DNA of 64,000 bases. Source: Candidatus Rokuibacteriota bacterium. GTDB lineage: Bacteria > Methylomirabilota > Methylomirabilia > Rokubacteriales > CSP1-6. This document shows positions 21,479 to 29,936 of the stretch, one piece after another. Below the pieces are notes generated by a model. That model made no database searches, had not been told where the DNA came from, and saw only the letters and a list, made by a program, of their open reading frames with translations. Where the stretch lies: positions 6,606 to 70,605 of the forward strand of contig JACPCX010000176.1 in assembly GCA_016184305.1 (NCBI GenBank), written 5' to 3'. Both the position numbers and the translations under genes were made by a program. Each line of letters begins with the position of its first letter. Within the stretch, counting starts at the first letter, position 1.

Positions 21479-22198
21479 TCACGATGCCGATGACGCCGAG
21501 GACGAGGAGGTGCCGAGCGACTGGATGATCAGGTAGCCGAGCCCGCCGCCGGACTCCCCCCCGATGAACTCGCCCACCACCACCCCGATCAGCGCGAAGG
21601 AGATGGACGGCGTCAGCGACGCGAAGGTCCAGGCCAGCGCCGAGGGAATCACGACGGTGCGCATGATCTGCCCCTCGCTCGCCCCGAGGAAGCGCGCCGA
21701 GTGGATCAGGTCCGCGTCCACGCTGCGGGCCCCCTGGAAGGTGTTGAAGAACACGATGAAGAAGACGATGGTCCAGGCGAGCACGATCTTCGCGAGGAGC
21801 CCGAATCCGAAGATCATGGTGATGAGCGGCACCAGCGCGATGCGCGGCAGGGAGTTGAAGGCGATGATGTAGGGCTCGAAGATCCGCGCCAGCCGGTCGT
21901 TCCGCCCCAGCACGAGCCCCGCCACGAAGCCGGTGGAGATGCCCACCAGGAAGCCCCACACCGTGGATTGCACGGTGGAGAGCGCCATGGCCCAGATGGT
22001 GAGCCGCACCTCGGCCGAGGCCAGGTAGAGGAAGCGCCGGGCGATGGCCGACGGCCGGCTGATGAAGAAGGGGTCGATCCAGTAGAGGCCCGGCGTCTTC
22101 GAGATGGCCTTGATCCCGGTGAGATACTCCCAGGCGCCCAGGACCGCGACGAGGATGGCCAGTCGCCAGCACAGGACCTCCCAGCGGTCGCGCGTCAT
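21479..22198 (-). CDS. ABC transporter permease (SsuC/TauC-type). Apparent 1-nt frameshift near 21509-21514, with the C-terminal 32 aa continuing in another frame to 21411.
   Basis: Typical BPD_transp_1 permease. This frame ends ...GLGYLIIQSLGTSSSSASSAS*, while the expected last TM segment and tail LLVLGVIGIVMALGIKQVESRLLRWRPEYQKR* is in the adjacent frame. Confidence 0.75.
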   Translation of the reverse strand: MTRDRWEVLCWRLAILVAVLGAWEYLTGIKAISKTPGLYWIDPFFISRPSAIARRFLYLASAEVRLTIWAMALSTVQSTVWGFLVGISTGFVAGLVLGRNDRLARIFEPYIIAFNSLPRIALVPLITMIFGFGLLAKIVLAWTIVFFIVFFNTFQGARSVDADLIHSARFLGASEGQIMRTVVIPSALAWTFASLTPSISFALIGVVVGEFIGGESGGGLGYLIIQSLGTSSSSASSAS

Positions 22199-22986
22199 GC
22201 CGTCCTCTCGGCGAACTCCTCGCCCAGCGCGTGCCAGATCTCGCCGTACTCCCGCAGATACTCGTCGCTCTCGCGGAGCGTGATCACGTCGCGAGGACGC
22301 CGCAGCCGCACCTCGTAGATCAGCTTGATCTTCCCGGGACGCCGGGTCAGCACCACGACCCGATCGGCGAGCGTGATGGCCTCGGAGAGATCGTGGGTGA
22401 CGAACACCACCGTCTGGTGCTTGGCCTCCCAGAGCCCGAGCAGCTCGGCGTGCAGGGTGAGCTTGGTGTGGGTGTCGAGCGCGCCGAAGGGCTCGTCCAT
22501 CAGCAGGATCTCGGGGTCCACGATCAGCGACCGCATGAGCGCCACCCGCTGCCGCATGCCGCCCGAGAGTGTGGCCGGAAAGGCGTCCTCGAAGCCCTGG
22601 AGCCCGGCCAGGGTGATGGCCTCGCGGACGCGGCGCTCGCGCTCGGCCGCCGGGATGCCGTGGTACTCCAGCCCCAGCGCGATGTTGCGCTCCACGGTCC
22701 GCCAGGGAAAGACCGTGTCCTTCTGGAAGACGTAGCCCACCTGGGGGGCGGGGCGTCCCGCGACGGGCTGGCCGTCCACCAGGATCTGGCCGCCCGACGG
22801 CGCCACGAGAGCGCCGATCATGTTGAGGATGGTGGACTTGCCGCAGCCGGAGGGGCCGACGACGGCCACGAACTCCTTGTCGCGCACGTCGAAGGAGACC
22901 CGGTCCACCGCGGCGACCTCTCGTGCCCCCTGGGCGAAGGTCTTCGAGAGGTCACGGATGGCGATGCGCACGCGGGGCGCGGCCAC
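22195..22986 (-). CDS. ABC transporter ATP-binding protein (nitrate/sulfonate/taurine family)
   Basis: The start was refined to GTG 22986, 3 nt after the SBP stop. Walker A GPSGCGKST, signature LSGGMRQR, Walker B LLMDEPFGALD. Confidence 0.85.
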   Translation of the reverse strand: MAAPRVRIAIRDLSKTFAQGAREVAAVDRVSFDVRDKEFVAVVGPSGCGKSTILNMIGALVAPSGGQILVDGQPVAGRPAPQVGYVFQKDTVFPWRTVERNIALGLEYHGIPAAERERRVREAITLAGLQGFEDAFPATLSGGMRQRVALMRSLIVDPEILLMDEPFGALDTHTKLTLHAELLGLWEAKHQTVVFVTHDLSEAITLADRVVVLTRRPGKIKLIYEVRLRRPRDVITLRESDEYLREYGEIWHALGEEFAERTA

Positions 22987-22988
22987 GC

Positions 22989-24086
22989 CTACGACTTGTA
23001 CTTGGCCTGCGCCTTCTTGACGAAGCTCATGTCCACCGCCCGGGCATAGGGGATCGGCTTGTCCAGCGCGGTGGGCACCCACACCTTGATCCCGCGCTCG
23101 TAGTCCTTCTCCTCGATGAGGAAGTCCCAGTCGAAGATGGTCTTGTAGTACCGGACCGACTCCAGGACGACCTCGCGCTTGAACGTGTCCATGTAGGGCT
23201 TGTGGAGGAGGTCCACGACCTCCTCGTCCTTCGCCTTCCGGATCCACTGCTGGGCCCGGTAGCAGGCGTTGACATAGGCCTGGACGAGGTCCGGGGACTT
23301 CTCGATGGTCTCCTTGAGGACGTATCCCACGGTGACGGGGATGGGGCCGCCGAAGACGCGGTTCCAGGACTTCTCGTCGGCGATGTCGTAGATGGCCCGG
23401 CCGAACCCTTCCTCGACGGCCGCCGACTGCCACTCGGTCACGGCCATGATGGCGTCGAACTTGCCAGCCTTGAGGCCGCCGAGGATGGTGGTGGAGGCGC
23501 CCCCGCCCACCCACTCGACGTGGTCGTTGACCGTCTTGCCGTCGGCGGCCTTGGTGTTCTTCAGCACGTAGACCCCGTAGACGTAGGTGCCGGAGCCGAT
23601 GGCCGTGGCGGCGATGACGGCCTTGCGCCCCACGAGCTTCTGGTCCGCGAGGGCCTCGACGCTCTTCACGCCGCGGTCGAACAGCTCCTTGCGGACGACG
23701 ATGTTGGCGTAGGAGCAGCGCGTGTCGGTCGCGAAGATCATGAGGGCATCCTTGCCCTTCTCGGTGATCTTGAGCGGGTGGTTCGAGTCGCCCAGCGCGA
23801 ACATCACCTGTCCAGCCGCGAGTGCCTGCACCACCTTGGCGCCGCCGCCGGGCACGATGAAGTCCGGGGTCTTGACGCCCTCCTCCTCGAAGAGCTTCTT
23901 CTGGGCCGCGACGAGGTGCTGCCCGTAGACGAAGGTCGAGACGCTGTGGGAAGCGCTGATGGGCCGGAGGCCCTGGGCAAGGCCGACGGCCGGCAGCCCG
24001 CCGGCTGCGGAGGCCACGCCCGCGAGGGCGGCGGCTTCGAGGAACCGGCGGCGCGTGAGGGGCTGGGCGTGAGAGGCGCGTGTCAT
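22989..24086 (-). CDS. ABC substrate-binding protein, NMT1/THI5/SsuA-like, Tat signal
   Basis: The start was refined to ATG 24086 behind GGAGAC. Twin-arginine motif LTRRRFLEAAALAG. 365 aa. Confidence 0.8.
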   Translation of the reverse strand: MTRASHAQPLTRRRFLEAAALAGVASAAGGLPAVGLAQGLRPISASHSVSTFVYGQHLVAAQKKLFEEEGVKTPDFIVPGGGAKVVQALAAGQVMFALGDSNHPLKITEKGKDALMIFATDTRCSYANIVVRKELFDRGVKSVEALADQKLVGRKAVIAATAIGSGTYVYGVYVLKNTKAADGKTVNDHVEWVGGGASTTILGGLKAGKFDAIMAVTEWQSAAVEEGFGRAIYDIADEKSWNRVFGGPIPVTVGYVLKETIEKSPDLVQAYVNACYRAQQWIRKAKDEEVVDLLHKPYMDTFKREVVLESVRYYKTIFDWDFLIEEKDYERGIKVWVPTALDKPIPYARAVDMSFVKKAQAKYKS

Positions 24087-24156
24087 GGATTGTCTCCAAG
24101 TCTCCCGCCGGGGTCCCGGGGGTCGGGTGGTCACTGCAGTGCTGCGTCCGGGCTGA

Positions 24157-24185
24157 ACTCTACACGCGGCCGGGGTCGCTGTCAA
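24157..24185 (-). promoter_or_regulatory. Sigma-70-type promoter candidate for the ABC importer (TTGACA-17 nt-TAGAGT on the minus strand)
   Basis: The reverse complement of 24180-24185 is TTGACA, and of 24157-24162 is TAGAGT. Confidence 0.5.
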
Positions 24186-24206
24186 CGGCCCGCCGCGTCG
24201 AACATA

Positions 24207-24235
24207 TTGACAGAAAAGGTCTTTCGGGCTAACCT
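24207..24235 (+). promoter_or_regulatory. Sigma-70-type promoter candidate for yicC-gmk-rpoZ (TTGACA-17 nt-TAACCT)
   Basis: -35 at 24207-24212 and -10 at 24230-24235. It is divergent from the importer promoter. Confidence 0.45.
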
Positions 24236-24288
24236 CCACTAATGACAGCGCCCGATGCAGTTCCCACTCCGGACGCCCAGAGGCCCTC

Positions 24289-25173
24289 ATGATTCGCAGC
24301 ATGACAGGATACGGCCGGGCGGAGGTGTCCGGGGCCCGGCTGGCGGTGTCGGTCGAGTGCAAGTCGGTCAACCATCGGCATCTCGACATCGCGCTCAAGC
24401 TCCCCCGTCTCCTTGCCCCCTTCGAGCCTGAGGCCCGCCGGCTGATCCAGGCCGCCGCGCAGCGCGGGCGGGTGGACGTGAGCGTGACGGCGACCCCGGC
24501 GGCCGGCACCGCGTCGAACCCGTTGACGCTCAACACGGAGCAGGCTCGGGAGTACATGACGGCGGCCAAGCATCTGGCGGATGACCTGAAGCTGCCGGGC
24601 GGGCCTCGGCTCGAGTGGCTGCTCGGCCAGCCGGGCGTGCTCGCCCGCGAAGAGCAGACGATCGCGTCGCCAGAGGAGGCCTCCGGGCTCCTGGAACAGG
24701 CGCTCTCCCAGGCGCTCGCCGACCTGGTCGCCCGGCGCGAGACCGAGGGCAAGGCGCTGTGCCAGGAGATGTTCGCGCTCCACGAGGCCCTCGCCGCCCA
24801 GGTCGCCCTCGTCGCCGCGCGGGCGCCCATGGCGGTCGAGCGCCGGAGCGCGCGCCTCCGCGAGCGCATGGACTCGCTCCTCGGGGAGGCGCAACTCGAC
24901 GAGGCGCGCCTGGCCATGGAGGTGGCTGTCTGGGCCGAGCGCTCGGACATCAGCGAGGAGCTGGTGCGGCTGCGCGCGCACCTCGATCAGTTCAGCGCGC
25001 TGCTCGACGCGGGCGGGGCGGTGGGGCGGACGCTCGACTTCTTGATCCAGGAGATCAACCGGGAGGTGAACACGGTCGGATCCAAGGCCGACGATCTGCA
25101 GATCTCCCAGGCGGTGATCGCCGCCAAGTCCACCCTGGAGAAGCTCAGGGAGCAGGTGCAGAACCTCGAGTGA
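24289..25173 (+). CDS. yicC: YicC-family stress-induced endoribonuclease
   Basis: MIRSMTGYGRAE...SVNHR(H)LD...C-terminal REVNTVGSKA...KLREQVQNLE (YicC_N plus DUF1732). Confidence 0.85.
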   Translation: MIRSMTGYGRAEVSGARLAVSVECKSVNHRHLDIALKLPRLLAPFEPEARRLIQAAAQRGRVDVSVTATPAAGTASNPLTLNTEQAREYMTAAKHLADDLKLPGGPRLEWLLGQPGVLAREEQTIASPEEASGLLEQALSQALADLVARRETEGKALCQEMFALHEALAAQVALVAARAPMAVERRSARLRERMDSLLGEAQLDEARLAMEVAVWAERSDISEELVRLRAHLDQFSALLDAGGAVGRTLDFLIQEINREVNTVGSKADDLQISQAVIAAKSTLEKLREQVQNLE

Positions 25174-25793
25174 TGGAGCTGATCAAGCGGCGCGGGACCC
25201 TCGTGGTCGTCTCGGCCCCATCGGGAGCGGGCAAGACCACCCTGTGCCACGAGGTGCGATCCATCGTGCCCGACCTGTTCTACTCGGTGTCGTACACGAC
25301 GCGGGCCCCGCGCTCGGGAGAACGGACCGGCCGCGACTTCCACTTCGTCACGGAGCGGGAGTTCACGGCCATGCGGGAGCGCGACGAGTTCGCCGAGTGG
25401 GCGCAGGTCCACGGCCATCTGTACGCCACGCCAGCCCGGGCGCTGGAGGGCGCGCTGTCGCGGGGACTCGACGTGCTGCTGGACATCGATACCCACGGGG
25501 CCCGGCAGCTGTGCCAGCGGTTTCCGGCGGCGGTGTCCGTGTTCATCATGGCGCCGTCCCTGGCCGAGCTGGACGCGCGGCTGCGTGAGCGGAAGAGCGA
25601 TGCGCCGGGCGAGATCGCCCGGCGCCTGGTGCGGGCACGCGAGGAGATCGCGGCCTGGCGCGAGTACCATTACCTGATCATCAACCGGGACGTGAAGGAC
25701 GCCGTGGACCAGCTCGCCACGATCATCCAGGCCGAGCGTTGTCGCACGAGCCGACTCACGCTCAGATTCCCGGACGTGGAGGTACCCGAGTGA
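25173..25793 (+). CDS. gmk: Guanylate kinase
   Basis: TGATG junction with yicC. P-loop SAPSGAGKTTL, YSVSYTTRAPRSGE..G.DFHFV. Confidence 0.9.
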   Translation: MELIKRRGTLVVVSAPSGAGKTTLCHEVRSIVPDLFYSVSYTTRAPRSGERTGRDFHFVTEREFTAMRERDEFAEWAQVHGHLYATPARALEGALSRGLDVLLDIDTHGARQLCQRFPAAVSVFIMAPSLAELDARLRERKSDAPGEIARRLVRAREEIAAWREYHYLIINRDVKDAVDQLATIIQAERCRTSRLTLRFPDVEVPE

Positions 25794-26005
25794 TGCCGTT
25801 CCCATCCCTGGAGAAGTCCCTCAACAAGGTCTCGAACCGCTACCTGCTGGTCGTCCTGGCCGCCAAGCGCGCCCGCCAGCTGAACCGCGGCGCCGCGCCC
25901 CAGGTCGAAACCAAGCACAAGAAGCCCACCAGCATTGCGCTGGAGGAGGTCGCCGAGGGGAAGGTGGGCTACCGCCTGAAGGAAGAGGACGGGAGCAAGG
26001 CCTGA
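25793..26005 (+). CDS. rpoZ: DNA-directed RNA polymerase subunit omega
   Basis: TGATG junction with gmk. NRYLLVVLAAKRARQL. Confidence 0.85.
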   Translation: MPFPSLEKSLNKVSNRYLLVVLAAKRARQLNRGAAPQVETKHKKPTSIALEEVAEGKVGYRLKEEDGSKA

Positions 26006-26094
26006 CGCCGACGCGTCGAAGGCTCGCGGAGGCCCCCGAGTGATCACAGGACCCGATGAGCGCTTGCGCGAAGAGGCCCGACCGCCAGACCGAC

Positions 26095-26172
26095 GTGAGC
26101 GACGTTCAAGCGACCAAGAAGTCAGTCACATTCAAGCGACCAAGACGTGAGTCACATTCACGCGACCAAGAC
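26095..26172 (+). repeat. Three tandem 26-nt repeats (gtSAGYSACRTTCAMGCGACCAAGAM) that abut the coaBC ATG
   Basis: Copies at 26095-26120, 26121-26146 and 26147-26172. The upstream part, 26056-26094, matches the fmt/rsmB repeat head (GAGCGC..GCGCGAAGAGGCC.GA.CCGC). Confidence 0.75.
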
Positions 26173-27420
26173 ATGCTCGCCGGTTCGGAGCTGATCCTCG
26201 GCGTGACGGGCAGCATCGCCGCCTACAAGGCGGCGTACCTGCTCCGGGAGCTCAGGCGCGCCGGCGCCCTGGTCACGGTGGTCACCACCGCCCACGCCGA
26301 GCGGTTCGTGGGCGCCCTCACGTGGCGGACCCTGTCCGGCCGGCCGGTGCTCTCCGATCTGTTCGATCCCCGGAGCGAGGAGGCGGTGGAGCATGTGGCG
26401 CTGGCCGAGCGCGCGCATGCCGTCATCGTGGCGCCGGCCACCGCCAACATCCTGGCCAAGGCCGCTCACGGGCTGGCCGACGATTTCCTCTCGACGCTGC
26501 TCCTGGCGGCGCGCGGCCCCGTGCTCATGGTCCCCGCCATGGACGGCGGCATGTGGTCCCACCCCGCCACCTCGGCCAACGTGGCCACGCTGCGTGCCCG
26601 TGGCGTCACCGTGCTGGACCCGGACTCGGGTGAGCTCGCCTCCGGGCTCGCGGGCAAGGGACGCTTGCCCGAGGTGGACAGCATCCTCGAGGCTGTCGAG
26701 CGCCTCCTGACCCCGGTACGCGATCTGGCCGGCGAGCGCATCCTCGTCACCGCCGGGCCCACGCGTGAGCCCATCGATCCGGTGCGCTACCTCTCGAACC
26801 GCTCGTCGGGGAAGATGGGCCATGCCCTCGCGACGGCGGCCCTCCGCCGCGGGGCCGAGGTCGTCCTGATCTCCGGGCCCACGTCCCTCACGCCGCCATC
26901 CGGCGCGGTGTACGTGCCGGTGCAGACGGCGGAAGAGATGCGCGAGGCCGCGCTCCAGCACATCGAGTCGGCCACGATCGTGATCAAGGCGGCCGCCGTG
27001 GCCGACTACCGTGTGAGGGATCCGCACGCCCGCAAGATCAAGTCCTCGAAGGCGGAAGGGCTCACGCTCGAGCTGCTGCCCACCCCCGATATCCTCAAGG
27101 AGCTGGCAGCCCGACGGGGCCGCGCCTTCATCGTGGGATTCGCCGCCGAGACCCACGACGTGCGTGCCTCCGGAACGGAGAAGCTCCGCTCGAAGGGGAT
27201 CGACCTGCTCGTGGCGAACGACGTGAGCCGGCAGGGCATCGGCTTCGAGTCGGACGACAACGAGGTGCTGCTGCTGGACCGATGGGGCGGCGCGATCGAG
27301 CTGCCTCGCATGCGCAAGCTCGCGGTGGCCGGCGCCATCCTCGACCGCGCTCTGGCACTTCGCGCCGCGGCGGCCGCCTCACCCGACCACGCCGCTCCTC
27401 ACCCCCGACCGCTCCCCTGA
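26173..27420 (+). CDS. coaBC: Bifunctional phosphopantothenoylcysteine decarboxylase / phosphopantothenate-cysteine ligase CoaBC
   Basis: Conventional N-terminus MLAGSELILGVTGSIAAYKA at ATG 26173. An in-frame upstream ATG at 26056 would add a 39-aa repeat-encoded extension. Confidence 0.9.
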   Translation: MLAGSELILGVTGSIAAYKAAYLLRELRRAGALVTVVTTAHAERFVGALTWRTLSGRPVLSDLFDPRSEEAVEHVALAERAHAVIVAPATANILAKAAHGLADDFLSTLLLAARGPVLMVPAMDGGMWSHPATSANVATLRARGVTVLDPDSGELASGLAGKGRLPEVDSILEAVERLLTPVRDLAGERILVTAGPTREPIDPVRYLSNRSSGKMGHALATAALRRGAEVVLISGPTSLTPPSGAVYVPVQTAEEMREAALQHIESATIVIKAAAVADYRVRDPHARKIKSSKAEGLTLELLPTPDILKELAARRGRAFIVGFAAETHDVRASGTEKLRSKGIDLLVANDVSRQGIGFESDDNEVLLLDRWGGAIELPRMRKLAVAGAILDRALALRAAAAASPDHAAPHPRPLP

Positions 27421-27443
27421 CGGGAGCGGGAGAGAGCACGATC

Positions 27444-28124
27444 ATGGATGAGCGGGAGATCCTCGCCGGCGTGCTGCGCGACCTCGCCCAGACGCTCCGG
27501 CATCACCAGGACCTCGGCGTGACGGAGATCTCCCTCGCCCAGGCCCCCGTCGTCGATCCGCGAGAGGCGCTGCGGACCCAGGAGGCGGCGCTCCAGGGCT
27601 GCCCGCGCTGCAAGCTCTCCACGAGCCGGACCACCGTCGTCTTCGGCTCGGGCAACCCGCGGGCCCGGCTGCTCGTGGTCGGAGAGGGGCCCGGCGAGGA
27701 GGAGGACCGGCAGGGCAAGCCGTTCGTGGGACGCGCGGGGCAGCTCCTGACCAAGATGCTCGCGGCGGTGGGATTCGATCGCGAGCGCGACTGCTACATC
27801 GCCAACGTGGTCAAATGCCGCCCGGAGCGTAACCGGAACCCGGAGCCGGACGAGGTGGCGGCGTGCACCCCATTCCTGATGGCCCAGGTGGACACCCTCC
27901 AGCCGGCGGTGATCCTGGCCCTCGGTAACTTCGCGGCGCAGACGCTCCTCGCCACGAGGGAAGGGATCACGAAGCTCCGCGGCCGCACCTACGAGTACCG
28001 GTCGAGCGTGCTGGTGCCCACCTTCCATCCAGCCTTCCTCCTGAGAAATCCCGGCCAGGAGTTCAAGCGCATGGCGTGGGACGATCTCAAGCTGGCCCGC
28101 CGGGAATACGACCGCTTCACGTGA
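27444..28124 (+). CDS. Uracil-DNA glycosylase, family 4
   Basis: CPRCKL...VFGSGNPRARLLVVGEGPGEEED..GKPFVGRAG..L...NVVKCRP..NR.P (family 4 UDG motifs). Confidence 0.85.
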   Translation: MDEREILAGVLRDLAQTLRHHQDLGVTEISLAQAPVVDPREALRTQEAALQGCPRCKLSTSRTTVVFGSGNPRARLLVVGEGPGEEEDRQGKPFVGRAGQLLTKMLAAVGFDRERDCYIANVVKCRPERNRNPEPDEVAACTPFLMAQVDTLQPAVILALGNFAAQTLLATREGITKLRGRTYEYRSSVLVPTFHPAFLLRNPGQEFKRMAWDDLKLARREYDRFT

Positions 28125-29902
28125 TCGCGGACGTCGTCTTCGATCTCCCCCTCCGGCATCCCCTCTCCTACCGCGTGCCCGATGGGCTGGCGCTCGTGCC
28201 CGGGCAGCGTGTGAGGGCGCCGCTCGGCGGGCGGACCCGCGTGGGGATCGTGGTGGGTGTCCGTCAGGACGCGGCCGACGGCCTCAAACCTCTCGACTCA
28301 GCGGTCGAGCCGGTCCCCGTCCTGTCCGCCGCCATGATCGAGATCGGCCGGTGGGCGGCCGAGGAGAGCCTCTCCTCGCTGGGCGGGACGCTCGCGGCTA
28401 TGCTGCCACCCTTGCCCCGAGGCGACACTCGCGAAAGCCTGGCGCCGCCGCCTGAGCCCTCCCGGGCGGCCGGGACGCCGTCCGAGCTCTGGGTGGACAC
28501 CCGCCGCGAGGCGAGACTGGCCGAGCGCCTCGGGAGCGAGAAGGGCACGAGCCTCGTCATCGCTCCGGACATCGAGGCGGCCGCGCGCTGGGCCGAGCGG
28601 CTCGACGCCGCCAGGCTGGACAGCGGGGCGCCCGAGGTGGCGCGGCGGGCGGCCTGGTTCGGCGCCTCGCGCGGCCGCGCCCGCATCGTCGTGGGCACGC
28701 GCTCGGCGCTCCTCGTCCCGCTGCCGCCGCCGGCGACACTCGTGCTCCTGGACGAGCACGATCCCGCCCACAAGCCCCCCGGAGCGCCGCGCATGCACTC
28801 CCGCGAGATGCTCGTGGAGCGGGCCCGCCGCGAGGGCAGCCGGCTCGTCATGCTCTCGCCAACGCCGTCGGTCGAGACCTGGTGGCGCGCCGACAACCGC
28901 CACGTCCACCGGCAGGACGCCGCGCCTGTCCCGTGGCCCGAGGTCGTCACCGCCGACACGCGCGGCATCCTGAGGAATCACCCGCTGACGCTCCCGCTGA
29001 CTCGCGCCATCGAGGAGATGGCGCGCCGCGACCGTCCCACGGCGCTCGTGGTCACGCGGGAGGCCGCCGCGCTGGGGTGCGACGAGTGCGGCGCGGCGTT
29101 CAGGTGTCCGGACTGCGGGGTGGCGCTGGCCCTGTCCCGGAGCGAGCGGCGCCTCAGTTGCCGCCTCTGCTCGCGCACCGATCCCCTGCCCACCGTCTGT
29201 CCCGACTGCGGAGGACACCGCCTGTCCCCCTTCGGCTGGGGCGCCGAACGCGTCGAGTCCTCGCTGCGCAAGCGGTTCCCGCGGCTGTCGATCTCCCGCG
29301 CCCCGGACGCCCGGCTCGATCCGCATGTCCAGGTCCTCATCGGCACCGCGGGGCTGCTTCGCGGGGCTCCGCCGGGACGCTTCGGCTGCGTCGGATTCGT
29401 GGCGCTCGACGCGCTCCTGCGCGTGCCGGACTTCCGCGCTGGCGAGCGGGCCTTCGTTGCCCTGTGGGCTGCGGCCGAGGCGGTGGGACCCGGCGGCCGC
29501 GTCATCGTGCAGACCCTGCACCCCGAGCACTACGCCATCCGCGCCATCAGGGAGCAGTCCCGCGCGACGTTCTATGCGAGCGAGCTCACGTTCCGGGCCG
29601 AGCTGGGTTACCCGCCCTTTTGCCGTCTCTGCCTGCTCTCCATCCGGGGGCGGGACGAAGCGGGCGCGCGCGCGCTCGTGACCGAGTCCGAGGGCATCCT
29701 CCGCGGCATCCCCGGTCTCACCGTCTATTCGGCGGCAGCCCGCGGGGCCGCGGGCGCCCGCCGCCCGCTCTGGCGCTTCGCCATCAAGGGACCGGCCGAG
29801 CTCCCCCGGCTCGTCGCCGAGCCGCTCCGGCGGCTGCTCGAGCGGCGACGCCGCGCGAGCGGTGTGGTAGAAATAGAGATGGATCCGCTCTCGCTCGCGT
29901 GA
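28121..29902 (+). CDS. priA: Primosomal protein N' (PriA) homolog with degenerate Walker A
   Basis: GTGA overlap with udg. N-terminal 3'-DNA-binding domain VIADVVFDLPL.HPLSYRVP. Cys-rich region CDECGAAFRCPDCGVALALS...CRLC...CPDCGG. DEHD box is present but there is no GxGK[ST]. Confidence 0.8.
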   Translation: MIADVVFDLPLRHPLSYRVPDGLALVPGQRVRAPLGGRTRVGIVVGVRQDAADGLKPLDSAVEPVPVLSAAMIEIGRWAAEESLSSLGGTLAAMLPPLPRGDTRESLAPPPEPSRAAGTPSELWVDTRREARLAERLGSEKGTSLVIAPDIEAAARWAERLDAARLDSGAPEVARRAAWFGASRGRARIVVGTRSALLVPLPPPATLVLLDEHDPAHKPPGAPRMHSREMLVERARREGSRLVMLSPTPSVETWWRADNRHVHRQDAAPVPWPEVVTADTRGILRNHPLTLPLTRAIEEMARRDRPTALVVTREAAALGCDECGAAFRCPDCGVALALSRSERRLSCRLCSRTDPLPTVCPDCGGHRLSPFGWGAERVESSLRKRFPRLSISRAPDARLDPHVQVLIGTAGLLRGAPPGRFGCVGFVALDALLRVPDFRAGERAFVALWAAAEAVGPGGRVIVQTLHPEHYAIRAIREQSRATFYASELTFRAELGYPPFCRLCLLSIRGRDEAGARALVTESEGILRGIPGLTVYSAAARGAAGARRPLWRFAIKGPAELPRLVAEPLRRLLERRRRASGVVEIEMDPLSLA

Positions 29903-29922
29903 GGGCGGAGCGAGCGAGAGAG
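29890..29922 (+). other. 11-bp inverted repeat (CTCTCGCTCGC...GCGAGCGAGAG) spanning the priA stop, just before the def SD
   Basis: Read directly from the sequence; the loop is 11 nt. Confidence 0.5.
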
Positions 29923-29936
29923 GAGAGCCCCCGCGC

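Noticed and set aside
24087-24156. Possible TPP or other riboswitch in the 5' UTR of the NMT1/THI5-like binding-protein gene
   Set aside because: The UTR predicted from the promoter is only ~64 nt. I see no CUGAGA/ACCUGA-type TPP core or other riboswitch signature.
22195-24950. Track ORFs 22195-24099 (634 aa) and 22989-24950 (653 aa), which look like giant fusion proteins
   Set aside because: Only the C-terminal parts are real: the ABC ATPase from GTG 22986, and the Tat-signal SBP from ATG 24086 with GGAGAC upstream. The N-terminal parts are read-through of the open frame over neighbouring genes.
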